Below the pieces are notes generated by a model. It worked only from the letters and a program-made list of their open reading frames with translations, ran no database searches and was not told where the DNA came from. Both the position numbers and the translations under genes were made by a program. DNA of 64,000 nucleotides from Polyangiaceae bacterium (lineage in GTDB: Bacteria; Myxococcota_A; Polyangia; Polyangiales; Polyangiaceae). Location: positions 64,001 to 128,000 of the forward strand of contig JBGAJR010000019.1 in the NCBI GenBank assembly GCA_044224815.1, in the 5' to 3' direction. Position 1 is the stretch's first letter. Each line of letters opens with the position of its first letter. Of the stretch, positions 28,856 to 37,822 are shown piece after piece.

Positions 28856-29560
28856 TCAGTCGCACGCGTGCGAAGGTCCCGGCGTGGCGATGCAGCCGCC
28901 GCTCACGTAGGCCAGGGGATTCGACGGGGGCTCGTAGCCGCCGTCGGGGAGCGCCGTCTTGGGCACGCAGCACGCTTCTCCGTTCGGACAATCGGCGCGC
29001 GTGTGACACAGGAGCTCGGCCCCCGCGTCGGGGCTCGTGACGCAGCCGACGCGGACCTTGGGCGCTCGGGTCAGGACGACGCACCCTTGGCCGAGCGCGC
29101 AGTCTTCGGGGCCGTCGCAAGCCGAGACGCTGAAGCAGCTCGAGACGTCGGCGTCGGCGCCGAGGCACTGGGCCGGCGCGCCGATCGATTCGCAGCAGTC
29201 GAGGGGAGCGGCGCAGGTGATCTGTCCAGTGCTCGCATCGAGGAGCAGGGAACGGCAGCGTGCGCCTGGCGTGGCGGGCGTGAAGACGAACCCGCTGTCC
29301 GTGACGAACGGCGCGTCGGGCACGCCGGGACCGGCGTCGGCGATCGCGTCGACGGAGGGCGCGTCGGAGGGGCCCGCGTCGGACGGGGCCGCGACGTCTT
29401 CGGTCGCGGCGAGCGCGTCGCCGGGCGGGCCGCTCTCCACGTTCGGCGCGCCGTCCGCGCCCACCGGACTCGTCGCTGCCGTGTCGTCGCTGCACGCTGC
29501 CACCATCGCCGCGCCGGTGACCGCCGCTCCCACGATCAAGAAGGCTGCCCGTCGACTCAT
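28856..29560 (-). CDS. Cysteine-rich secreted lipoprotein. The likely start is the internal MSRRAAFLIVGAAVTGAAMVAAC.
   Basis: Lipobox MVAAC. Cys-rich C-terminal half (CAAPLDCCESIGAPAQC, CPNGEACC). Its start overlaps the upstream gene's stop (ATGA). Confidence 0.55.
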   Translation of the reverse strand: MSRRAAFLIVGAAVTGAAMVAACSDDTAATSPVGADGAPNVESGPPGDALAATEDVAAPSDAGPSDAPSVDAIADAGPGVPDAPFVTDSGFVFTPATPGARCRSLLLDASTGQITCAAPLDCCESIGAPAQCLGADADVSSCFSVSACDGPEDCALGQGCVVLTRAPKVRVGCVTSPDAGAELLCHTRADCPNGEACCVPKTALPDGGYEPPSNPLAYVSGGCIATPGPSHACD

Positions 29561-30582
29561 CGCAGTTCTCTCCTTCGTGCCACGTCCGCGACGAGTGCGC
29601 GCGCGCGCTCGCCGATGATGTTCGCGTGCGCGATCAGCGCATCGACCGCCGTGAGCGCTGCAGGCGATCCTGCCGCGAGGAGCGCGAGCGCGAGCACGTG
29701 CGCCTCCTCGGCCGCCTTGGGTTTCAGCACCGGCGCTGCGGTGAGCCGACCCAAGCTCGCCGCGACCTTGGCGACGAGCGCCTCGTCGTCGGGGCGCGCC
29801 GCGACGCGGGTGGCCCACGCCAGCGGCGTCTCGACGTTCTCGAGTCGCTCGAGCGTCGCGCGTGGCGCGCGCCGTCCAGCCGCGATCGCGAGGACCGCGC
29901 CGCCGCGATCCGCCATGCGCAAGAGCGCATCAGCGTCGATCGCCTCGACCTCGGCGGCGCGCCACAGCCAGCGGCGGAGGAGGTCGGGGCCGGCCGCGCT
30001 GCACCACCAAGGCACGCCGCGGTAGGCAGCGACGATCGCGCGATCGGTCTCGGCGTCGTGTGTCGCGATCATCGCCTCCAGCGCGACGTCTCCCGGGTAC
30101 GCGCGCTCGGTGCCGGCGTCCTCGTCCTCGGCCTCGTCGGCGAGGAACGCCGCGAAGTCGGCGTAGCGCACGCGCTCGCCCTCTTCGATCTCGATCACCG
30201 CGCCGGTGGCGCGCTCGATCGCCACCACGTGATCGGCGCCCGTGGCGAGCCCGACGACGAAGACGTCGGCCGGCAAGTCGTCGCGCGTCGCCGGACGCGC
30301 CAGCGCGCTCGTCACGTCGCGGGCGCACCACAGATCGAGCACCGGCGTCAGCGTCGGCCAGCCGTCGTGCGCGGTCAGGAAGGCGCGATAGGCGACGGGG
30401 ATGGACCCGCCGAGCGCGCCGGCCAGCGCGGCCAGATCACGCGCTGGCGCACCGGCCGGCGGCGCCGCCGGCGCGTCCTCCTTGGTCAAGCGGGCGAGGG
30501 TCGCCTGCGCGCGCGCTCGCGCCGCCACCGCGCGTTCGACGCGCGCGAAGACGGCGTGGTCGGTCTCAGTGGGGCGGGCCAC
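29557..30582 (-). CDS. Hypothetical protein, possibly SUKH/SMI1-KNR4-like
   Basis: 341 aa. The region IPVAYRAFLTAHDGWPTL...VFVVGLATGADHVVAIERATGAVIEIEEGE resembles the SUKH fold (weak). Lies in the hmgA-hppD transcription unit. Confidence 0.45.
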   Translation of the reverse strand: MARPTETDHAVFARVERAVAARARAQATLARLTKEDAPAAPPAGAPARDLAALAGALGGSIPVAYRAFLTAHDGWPTLTPVLDLWCARDVTSALARPATRDDLPADVFVVGLATGADHVVAIERATGAVIEIEEGERVRYADFAAFLADEAEDEDAGTERAYPGDVALEAMIATHDAETDRAIVAAYRGVPWWCSAAGPDLLRRWLWRAAEVEAIDADALLRMADRGGAVLAIAAGRRAPRATLERLENVETPLAWATRVAARPDDEALVAKVAASLGRLTAAPVLKPKAAEEAHVLALALLAAGSPAALTAVDALIAHANIIGERARALVADVARRRELR

Positions 30583-30594
30583 GCCCCCAATCTA

Positions 30595-31680
30595 TCAGCG
30601 CGCGTCGAAGACGCCGCGCTTCGCTTGGTCGCGTTCGATCGAGCGGAAGAGCGCCGTAAAATTCCCCTCACCGAAGGAGAGGTGGTTCTTGCGCTGAATG
30701 AGCTCGATGAAGATCGGGCCCACCAGGTTCTTGGTGAAGATCTGAAGCAAGTAGCCCTGCTCGTCGCCGTCGACGAGCACGTTGCGCTTCTGAATCTCCG
30801 TGTGGTCCTCGGTCACGGCGGGGAGGCGCGCGAAGACGTCCTTGTAGTAGTCGTCGTCGATGTCGAGGAACGCGATCGGCGAGCCCTCGAGCCCGCGCAG
30901 CGACGCGAGGATGTCGTCCGTCAGGAACGCCAGGTGCTGAATGCCCGGGCCCTTGTACTCCTCGAGGTATTCGTTGATTTGGCTCTTGGCCTCGTCGGCC
31001 TCGTTGATCGGGATCGCGAACGAGCCGTCGGGCGAGCGAAGCGCGTAGGACGTGAGCCCGGTCTTCACGCCGCGGATATCGAAATAGCGAACCTCGGTGA
31101 AGCCGAAGACGTTCTTGTAGAAGTCCGCCCAGCGCTTCATCGTCCCCTTCTCGACGTTGTTCGTCAGATGGTCGACGGCGAGGAAGCCCTTGTCGGCCAC
31201 GCGATCGGGCCGATCGAGCGGCACGAAGCCGAGGGTTCCGTAGAGGCGCGCCGCGTCCTCGACGACGCCGGCGCGGCCCTCGATGAACGTGATGAGGCTG
31301 TCACCGATGCCGTAGATGGCGGGGAGCGCCGAAGCCACGCCCGAGATCGGACGGGTGAGGTCGCCCTCCATCATCGGGCGAGCGCCGCGCGCGCGCGCCG
31401 CGCCGAGCGCGCGGACCGGATCCTCGACCTTCCAGCCCATCGAGCAGATCGACGGGCCGTGCTTCTTGGCGAACGACTCGGCGAAGCTCCGCGGCTCACG
31501 GTTCAGGAGGAACCGAATGCCGTTCTGTTCGTAGAGGTCGATGTTCTTCTGCGCGTGCCGCATGGTGCGTGAGAAGCCGAACGCCAAGAAGAGACGGTGG
31601 AGCGCGTCGGGATCGGGCGACGCGAACTCGACGTACTCGATGCCGCAAAGCCCACACGGGTTCTTCTCGTTCGCGCTCAT
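30595..31680 (-). CDS. hppD: 4-hydroxyphenylpyruvate dioxygenase
   Basis: Two VOC modules. Fe-binding His/Glu environment GIQHLAF and IQKRNVLVDGDEQGYLLQIFT. C-terminal EGNFTALFRSIERDQ. The start MSANEK overlaps the hmgA stop by 4 bp. Confidence 0.9.
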   Translation of the reverse strand: MSANEKNPCGLCGIEYVEFASPDPDALHRLFLAFGFSRTMRHAQKNIDLYEQNGIRFLLNREPRSFAESFAKKHGPSICSMGWKVEDPVRALGAARARGARPMMEGDLTRPISGVASALPAIYGIGDSLITFIEGRAGVVEDAARLYGTLGFVPLDRPDRVADKGFLAVDHLTNNVEKGTMKRWADFYKNVFGFTEVRYFDIRGVKTGLTSYALRSPDGSFAIPINEADEAKSQINEYLEEYKGPGIQHLAFLTDDILASLRGLEGSPIAFLDIDDDYYKDVFARLPAVTEDHTEIQKRNVLVDGDEQGYLLQIFTKNLVGPIFIELIQRKNHLSFGEGNFTALFRSIERDQAKRGVFDAR

Positions 31681-32807
31681 TTCGCACCCCAGCTCTTCCA
31701 GTAGTCGTTCATCTCGAGGGTCTTCGCGTCGTCGGCCACGAAGAGCGGGCGCTTGGTGTCGATCATCACTGCCACCTCGCTCGTCGCCTTGGCGCCAGCG
31801 GCGCGCTCGACGGCCTTGCCCTGCGGGCCGTGATGAATGCCTTGCGGGTGGAACGTCATCATCCCGGCGCCGATGCCGGCGCGGCTGAAGAACTCGCCCG
31901 CGTGGTAGAAGAGCACCTCGTCGAAGTCGATGTTCGAGTGGAAGAACGGAACCTTCATCGCGCGGGGGTCGCCGTTCTCGAGCGGACGCGGCGCGAAGGT
32001 GCACACGACGACGTTGTGCGCGACGAACGTGGAGTGCGCCGACGGCGGGAGGTGATAGCGGTCCGAGCTCACCGGGCGAATGTCCTTCACCGCGAGCTTC
32101 TGCACCGTGAGCGTGCCCTTCCAGCCGATCGTGTTGAGCGGGCAGAAGGGATAGAAGACGCTCGTCGTCTCGCCGCAGCGTTGCACGCGGAGCTCCCACT
32201 CGCCGTTCGTCGCCGAGAGCGATGACGTCTCTCCGGGCGTCGGCACTTGCACGACGGCCGGATCGAAGAGCGCGTGCTGGCCGAGCATCCCGCGATCGGG
32301 GACCGCGAGCTCGCTCATGGTCTCGACGCAGAGGAGCGCCGTCTTGCTGGTCGGCGCGAAGCGGTAGACCGTGCCGCGCGGGACGAGGAGATAGTCGCCC
32401 GGCTCGTAGGTGAGGGGACCGAAGTCGGTCTCGAGGCGCCCCGCGCCGGCGTGGACGAAGAAGAGGTCGTCGGCGTCCGCGTTGCGGAAGTAGTAGGGCA
32501 TCTCGCGATCGAGGGTCGCGAGCTGGACGCGCACGTCGTCGTTGTAGAGGACGGTCTTGCGGGCCGCGGCGAGGTCGCCGCCGGCGGCCGCCGCCTCGAA
32601 GGCGCGGTTCCCGTCGTAAGCGCGCGGGCGGAGCGGCCCTTCGATCCGGGTCCAACCCACCGGGGCCTCGCGCCGGTACAAGTGCGCGTAACGGCCGAAG
32701 AAACCGTTGCGGGCGTACTCCTCCTCGACGGTGCCTTCGGGAACTGCAACGTGGGCTTGGAGCGCGACTTTGCCGCGAACGTAGGGGACGTCCATGCGCC
32801 CAGGCAT
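31677..32807 (-). CDS. hmgA: Homogentisate 1,2-dioxygenase
   Basis: Cupin HGD family: YLLVPRGTVYRF, FHSNIDFDEVLFYHAGEF, MTFHPQGIHHGPQ. About 375 aa. The start is at 32807 (MPGRM) or 32795 (MDVPY). Confidence 0.9.
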   Translation of the reverse strand: MPGRMDVPYVRGKVALQAHVAVPEGTVEEEYARNGFFGRYAHLYRREAPVGWTRIEGPLRPRAYDGNRAFEAAAAGGDLAAARKTVLYNDDVRVQLATLDREMPYYFRNADADDLFFVHAGAGRLETDFGPLTYEPGDYLLVPRGTVYRFAPTSKTALLCVETMSELAVPDRGMLGQHALFDPAVVQVPTPGETSSLSATNGEWELRVQRCGETTSVFYPFCPLNTIGWKGTLTVQKLAVKDIRPVSSDRYHLPPSAHSTFVAHNVVVCTFAPRPLENGDPRAMKVPFFHSNIDFDEVLFYHAGEFFSRAGIGAGMMTFHPQGIHHGPQGKAVERAAGAKATSEVAVMIDTKRPLFVADDAKTLEMNDYWKSWGAK

Positions 32808-32850
32808 ATGGGTCGGGCCGTCACCAAGAAAGAACAAAAATGGCGACTGA

Positions 32851-32864
32851 ATTGTCAGTTCAAT
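32851..32864. promoter_or_regulatory. Candidate LysR-type regulator box ATTGTCAGTTCAAT (T-N11-A dyad) in the 75-bp divergent hmgA/LysR intergenic region
   Basis: An imperfect palindrome ATTG-N6-CAAT sits inside an AT-rich stretch (gaaagaacaaaaatgg) between the divergent LysR and hmgA starts. Confidence 0.4.
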
Positions 32865-32882
32865 GAACAATGATGGAGCACC

Positions 32883-33767
32883 ATGCACGTCACCCTGGAG
32901 CAAGCCCGCGCGCTCGACGCCCTCGCCAAGACCGGCACCTTCGTGAAGGCCGCCGCGCTCCTCAAGAAGCGGCACACCGCGGTGGTCTACGCCGTGCGAA
33001 CGCTCGAAGAGCAGACGAGCTTGGTTCTCCTCGATCGCACTGGGTACCGCACCAAGCTCACCGCCGAGGGCGCGGGCGTGCTCGAGGCGTGTCGCGGTCT
33101 CCTCGACGCCGAAGCGGCGCTCGTACGCTCGTGCCACGAGCTCAAGACCGGATGGGAGCCATCGCTCCGCATCGTGTTCGACGGCATCTGCGCCGCCGAC
33201 CCGATCCTGCAGGTCGTGGCGGCGCTCGTTCGCGAAGGTGCGCCCACGCGCGTCGACGTCGAGGTCGAGTTCTTGACCGGCGTCGAGCGCGCGTTCGTCG
33301 AGCAAGACGCGGACGTGATGATCGGCGTGCTCGCGCCCACACTTCGTGGCCTCCGCTCCTCCGAGCTCCCGCCCATTCGCGCGCGGCTCGTGGCTCACCG
33401 CGATCACCCGCTCGCCAAGCGCGGCGCGCGTCCCACGCCCGCCGAGCTCGCGTCGCACGTGCTCGTCACCGTGCGCGGCTCCGATCCTCGCCTCGCGCTC
33501 CCCACCGCCGGCCTCGAGCAGCGGACGCGCGTTCGCCTCAGTGACTTCTCGGCCAAGAAGGCGGCGCTGATGAGCGGCGTCGGCTTCGGTTGGATGCCCG
33601 AGCACCTCGTCAGGACCGAGCTTCGCCGCGGCCTCCTCCGCGAGATCCGCACCCCGGAGAGTGTTCATGTGTTCCGTCCGCGCCTCTATGTGCGCGAAGG
33701 GAGGAAGCTCGGACGGGCTGGTACGCGACTCGCGGCGGCCCTCCGAGCGCCGCGGTCCTCGGACTGA
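32883..33767 (+). CDS. LysR-family transcriptional regulator
   Basis: N-terminal winged HTH LDALAKTGTFVKAAALLKKRHTAVVYAVRTLEEQ. C-terminal LysR substrate-binding domain. Divergent from hmgA. Confidence 0.85.
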   Translation: MHVTLEQARALDALAKTGTFVKAAALLKKRHTAVVYAVRTLEEQTSLVLLDRTGYRTKLTAEGAGVLEACRGLLDAEAALVRSCHELKTGWEPSLRIVFDGICAADPILQVVAALVREGAPTRVDVEVEFLTGVERAFVEQDADVMIGVLAPTLRGLRSSELPPIRARLVAHRDHPLAKRGARPTPAELASHVLVTVRGSDPRLALPTAGLEQRTRVRLSDFSAKKAALMSGVGFGWMPEHLVRTELRRGLLREIRTPESVHVFRPRLYVREGRKLGRAGTRLAAALRAPRSSD

Positions 33768-33837
33768 CCACCTGCCGAAGTGTGGATCCACAACGAGGAT
33801 TCGGCGCGCTTTGGGAGGTCGCGCTACGCTAGCTCCG

Positions 33838-35475
33838 ATGCTCGAGGCGCGCGTCTCGCCTCAGCGGTTCGGCCGCTACACACTCCTCACGAAGCTCGCT
33901 TCGGGAGGCATGGCGAGCGTGTTTCTCGCGAAGGCGCGCGGCGAGCACGGGTTCGCGCGTCTCTTCGCGATCAAGATCATCCATCCGCACCTCCTCGACC
34001 AGCCCGAGTTCCTCGCGCGGTTCCTCCACGAGGGTCGCCTCGCCTCCCAGATTCGTCACCCGCACGTGGTGTCGGTCTTCGACGTCGGCGAAGCCGAAGG
34101 CACTCCCTACTTGGTGCTCGACTACGTGCGGGGCGCGTCGCTCGCCGAGCTCGTGCACGAGGCGTTCGAGAACAGGGAGCCGCCGAGCCTCGCCGTCGCG
34201 TGCGGCATCGTGGCCGAGGCCCTCGACGGGCTCCACGCCGTGCACTCCGCGCTCGACGAGAAGGGCCAGTCGCTCGGCCTCATTCACCGCGACGTCTCTC
34301 CGCACAACATTCTCGTGAGCGGGAGCGGCGTCGCTTACGTGACCGACCTCGGCATCGCGCGCGCGCGCGGCGTCGCGCTCACGCAAGGCACCGGGCTCCT
34401 CGGCAAAGCCGGCTACATCTCCCCCGAGCAGCTCGCCAAGGAGCCGCTCACCAGCAAGGTCGATCTCTTCGCGATGGGCGTCGTGCTGTGGGAGCTCCTC
34501 ACGCTGCAGCGCCTCTTCGAAGATCTCGAGGCCGAGGTCGCGATGCTCACCGGCGCGTTCAAGCTCGTCCCGCCGAGCCAACTGAACCCGGCCGTGCCAC
34601 CGGAGCTCGATCGCTTCGTCGCTTCGCTCCTCGCGCGCAGCCCCGACGCGCGCCCGCGCTCGGCGGGTGAGGCCGCGCACGAGCTCGGACGGATCGTGCC
34701 GCGCGCGTCGCGCGAAGACATCGCCGAGTGGGTGCAGGCGATGGCGGGTCCGCGCCTCGACCGACTCGATGCGCTCCTTCGCCAAGTCGCCGACGTCGAC
34801 GCAAGCGAAGCGCCCGCGGTGACGACAGGCACGCCCGGCGCATTCCGCAAGGCATCGTGGCCGCTCTCTGCGTCCGGGCCCGCTCCCGTCGGCACCGCGG
34901 AGGCGACGAGCAGGGCGAGCATGCCGATGCCGATGCCGGAGATCCCGAAGGCAGCGCCGCTCCCTGCAGACATGGTCGCGAGCCTCGTCGAATCGGGCGC
35001 CGTGCCGCGCGAGCTCGCGAAGAAGAGCACCGCCGCCGCCGTCCCCGGACCGGAGCCCGCTCGCGTGCGCGGTCGCACCAAGCTCGCGATCGCGGGCGCG
35101 CTCGTGATCGCCGTCGGCGCCGCCGCCGGTTTCGGGCTCTCGAAGCGCGAAGGGCCGCGCGTCATCGATGCCGCGCCCACGACGACGATCGCCACGAGCG
35201 CGCCGCCCGTGGAGTCCGTGGCGATCACGCCCCCGGTACCGTCGTCGCCGCCGAGCCCCGTCGCGAGCGCATCGTCGCTCGAGGCCGCGCCGTCCGTGTC
35301 GTCGTCGCCGCCGCTTCGCGTGAACGGATCCGCCGCCGCGAAGCCCGGCGGACGCAAGGGCAAGCCCGCGCCCGCGCCCGTCGTATCTGCGTCCACGTCG
35401 CCGCCGGCCGCCCCTCCGCCGAGCGCCACCGTGAAGCCGCCGCCCGCGCCGCTTCCAGAGGGCGAGCGCATCTGA
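33838..35475 (+). CDS. Membrane-anchored Ser/Thr protein kinase (Hanks type)
   Basis: Gly loop LASGGMASVF. VAIK-like FAIKI. Catalytic loop HRDVSPHNILVS. DLG. APE-like YISPEQL. Pro/Ala-rich linker. TM segment LAIAGALVIAVGAAAGFGL. Confidence 0.85.
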   Translation: MLEARVSPQRFGRYTLLTKLASGGMASVFLAKARGEHGFARLFAIKIIHPHLLDQPEFLARFLHEGRLASQIRHPHVVSVFDVGEAEGTPYLVLDYVRGASLAELVHEAFENREPPSLAVACGIVAEALDGLHAVHSALDEKGQSLGLIHRDVSPHNILVSGSGVAYVTDLGIARARGVALTQGTGLLGKAGYISPEQLAKEPLTSKVDLFAMGVVLWELLTLQRLFEDLEAEVAMLTGAFKLVPPSQLNPAVPPELDRFVASLLARSPDARPRSAGEAAHELGRIVPRASREDIAEWVQAMAGPRLDRLDALLRQVADVDASEAPAVTTGTPGAFRKASWPLSASGPAPVGTAEATSRASMPMPMPEIPKAAPLPADMVASLVESGAVPRELAKKSTAAAVPGPEPARVRGRTKLAIAGALVIAVGAAAGFGLSKREGPRVIDAAPTTTIATSAPPVESVAITPPVPSSPPSPVASASSLEAAPSVSSSPPLRVNGSAAAKPGGRKGKPAPAPVVSASTSPPAAPPPSATVKPPPAPLPEGERI

Positions 35476-35478
35476 CGT

Positions 35479-36495
35479 ATGATGCGGTTCGTGAGCCTCC
35501 GCCGCGCGTTCATCGTGTCTTGTGCGCTCGCTGCGCTGCTCGTGCCGTGGACCTCCGCGCGTGCCGACGAGCCGAGTGGCGCGTCGGGTGAAGCCGGCCG
35601 ACCGTCGGCGGTCCCGCTCGCCGAAAGCTTGTTCCAAGAAGGACGCGCCCTCGTCGAGAAGAACGATTTCGAAGGCGCGTGCCCCAAGTTCGAGGCCTCG
35701 CTCAAGCTCGATCCCGCCGCGGTGGGGACGATGCTGAATATTGCAATCTGCAAGGAAAAGACCGGCAAGCTCGCGACCGCCTGGGGCCTCTATCGTGAGG
35801 TCGCGATGCGCTCGCGTGGCAGTCGCCCCGATCGCTACGAGCGCGCCAACACGAGCCAGAACGAGATCGCGCCGCGACTCTCTACGCTCACCGTGTCCGC
35901 GCCGAGCGAGCGTCCTCCCGGGTTCGTCCTCAAGATCGATGGCCTCTCCCTCGACGCGGCCGCGTGGTCGACGCCGCTCCCGGTCGACGGCGGCGAGCAC
36001 ACCATCGAGGCGTCGGCCCCGGGCTTCGTGCCGTTTCGCGCCACCGCGCGCGTCGAGCCGGAGCGAGACAAGGCGTCGCTCGTGGTTCCTCCGCTCGAGC
36101 CCGCGAAGGTCGCGCCGCCTCCCGACGAGCCGGCGCGTGGATCGAGCAGCACGCGCACCGTCGGCATGGTGATGGCCGGCGCGGGCGTCGTGGCGCTCGG
36201 CGTCGGAGGCGTCTTCGGCATCGACGTCCTCACGCGATCCGACGCGCCCGCTGCGGCGTGTCCGTCGCCTTGCATTCGTGGCACCGACGCGGCGAACGAG
36301 AGCGATCGTCGGTACGACGTCCTCAAGCGCGAGGCGATCCTCGCGGACGTCCTCCTTCCGGTGGGCGCCGTGGCGACGCTCGCCGGAGCGTACCTTTGGC
36401 TCGTGTCGGGTGACCGCGGCGGTGGCGCCAAGTCGTCGGGGCGCCTCGCGCCCTACGTCGGGCCGAGCGCGGCCGGCGTTCACGGTTCGTTCTGA
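35479..36495 (+). CDS. Secreted TPR/PEGA-domain protein with a C-terminal TM anchor; kinase partner
   Basis: Signal peptide. TPR-like helices (AESLFQEGRALVEKNDFEGACPKFEASLKLDP). PEGA-like strand (GFVLKIDGLSLD...GGEHTIEASAPGFVPF). TM helix VGMVMAGAGVVALGVGGVFGI. Begins 3 bp after the kinase stop. Confidence 0.6.
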   Translation: MMRFVSLRRAFIVSCALAALLVPWTSARADEPSGASGEAGRPSAVPLAESLFQEGRALVEKNDFEGACPKFEASLKLDPAAVGTMLNIAICKEKTGKLATAWGLYREVAMRSRGSRPDRYERANTSQNEIAPRLSTLTVSAPSERPPGFVLKIDGLSLDAAAWSTPLPVDGGEHTIEASAPGFVPFRATARVEPERDKASLVVPPLEPAKVAPPPDEPARGSSSTRTVGMVMAGAGVVALGVGGVFGIDVLTRSDAPAAACPSPCIRGTDAANESDRRYDVLKREAILADVLLPVGAVATLAGAYLWLVSGDRGGGAKSSGRLAPYVGPSAAGVHGSF

Positions 36496-36520
36496 TCGCG
36501 CCCACGGCTTCGCGCAGGAG

Positions 36521-37768
36521 TCACAGCGCTTCGCTGCACGACGGCGGCCAGCTCGCGTCGGCCGGGCAGTGCGAGGGCAAAGAAGCGTCGATCGTCTGAT
36601 CCGAGCGGCGCGCGGATCGCTGCGCGATCTCCGCGTAGAAGCCCGATGCGTACGAGAACGCATCGCAGGGCTTGGTCGGATCCACCATGCCGGGCGTCTT
36701 GGAGAGGTCGGCGATGCCGCACACGGCGAGCGTGATCGGCTGCCGGTTCGGCGGCTCGCAGAAGGGCACACCGTTCGAGAGGCGGCCGCCGAGATAGGCG
36801 AACGCGCTGTCGATCGCGACCCGCGCGGCGATTCGACCGTAATCGAGTCGGCGCGGCAGAGGAGGGGAGCCGTCGCGGACGACGCGCGCCGTGAAGATGA
36901 TCTCCTCGGCGCTGACGCGCGTCGTGCCGCCGAGCGGGATCGGGGTCTTGCGGAACCGTGCGACCAAGAGGCCACCCGACACGAAGGCGCTGTCGGCGAC
37001 GTACGTCGGCAGGTCGTCGTTCACGAACGAGTTGCGCTCGGGGATCCAAGTGTCGGTGCCGTCCCACTTCGGCGTGCCGCCCGGCTTCCCCGTTCCGTCG
37101 TCCACGCCGATGGCGAAGATGGCCGCGACCCTCACGTCTCCGTCGTCGTCGAGCCCGTTGTAGCCACTGAGCTCGATGAGGATGCCCGCGGTTCCGTCGC
37201 GAAACCCAGCGTTCGGATCGTTGCGCGACGAAGGCGTGTCTCCGAGGAGGAGGCGCACCATGTTGCCGCCGACGTTGTCGCCGCCACCCGCGGTGTCGCA
37301 GGCGGGGGTGCTGGTGAGGCTCAGACACGAGGGCCCGACGCGGCCGCCGTCGGGCAGCTTCGCGCACGTCTCGAGGCCGTCGAGATCGATGTCGGCGCGC
37401 GGACAAAGGCGCGTGCGATCGCCCTCGACGAGCCCGGCGTCCTTCGGGGTCGTGGTCGTGCCCTCGCCGACGAAGTGAACGGCGAAGCTGAGTCGCCCGA
37501 GGTCGGAGCCGACCTGACTCACCGGAACTTCGGGGAGGCGCGGCGTGCAGGCGAGGCCGAGGCCGCCATCCTCCGGACCGGCCTCGGTGATCGGCGTCGT
37601 CGCGCCGTCGCCGTCGACCTGGGTCGTTCGCGAGAGCCCCGAGATCATCTCGCACGCGGCCAATACGACGCCGCTCGACGCGACCGTCGCCAGGGCCAAG
37701 CTGGGCAAGATTCGAGGGGAACGGAGCAAGGACGACACCGCTCGCGCCGGTCGCGAGCCAAGCCTCAT
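36521..37768 (-). CDS. Hypothetical secreted protein
   Basis: 415 aa. N-terminal hydrophobic region LALATVASSGVVLAAC. Low-complexity Gly/Asp-rich segments. No catalytic motif recognised. Confidence 0.45.
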   Translation of the reverse strand: MRLGSRPARAVSSLLRSPRILPSLALATVASSGVVLAACEMISGLSRTTQVDGDGATTPITEAGPEDGGLGLACTPRLPEVPVSQVGSDLGRLSFAVHFVGEGTTTTPKDAGLVEGDRTRLCPRADIDLDGLETCAKLPDGGRVGPSCLSLTSTPACDTAGGGDNVGGNMVRLLLGDTPSSRNDPNAGFRDGTAGILIELSGYNGLDDDGDVRVAAIFAIGVDDGTGKPGGTPKWDGTDTWIPERNSFVNDDLPTYVADSAFVSGGLLVARFRKTPIPLGGTTRVSAEEIIFTARVVRDGSPPLPRRLDYGRIAARVAIDSAFAYLGGRLSNGVPFCEPPNRQPITLAVCGIADLSKTPGMVDPTKPCDAFSYASGFYAEIAQRSARRSDQTIDASLPSHCPADASWPPSCSEAL

Positions 37769-37822
37769 CGTAGCTCGCTCCTCGCGCCGCAGCTCTCCGA
37801 ATTGGGAAGGTGCGCCGGGCGC

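Noticed and set aside
26437-29040. 867-aa plus-strand and 640-aa minus-strand ORFs across the halogenase region
   Set aside because: Out-of-frame or antisense to the halogenase, whose frame carries the GxGxxG, WxWxIP and FxxPxxSxG signatures. Translations are poly-Arg/Gly.
29626-31572. 648-aa plus-strand ORF antisense to hppD and the 341-aa hypothetical
   Set aside because: Antisense to hppD, which has unmistakable HPPD motifs.
33829-36975. 1048-aa minus-strand ORF antisense to the Ser/Thr kinase and its TPR/PEGA partner
   Set aside because: This is the longest ORF in the window, but it is Arg/Gly low complexity and antisense to two plus-strand genes with clear kinase and signal-peptide features.
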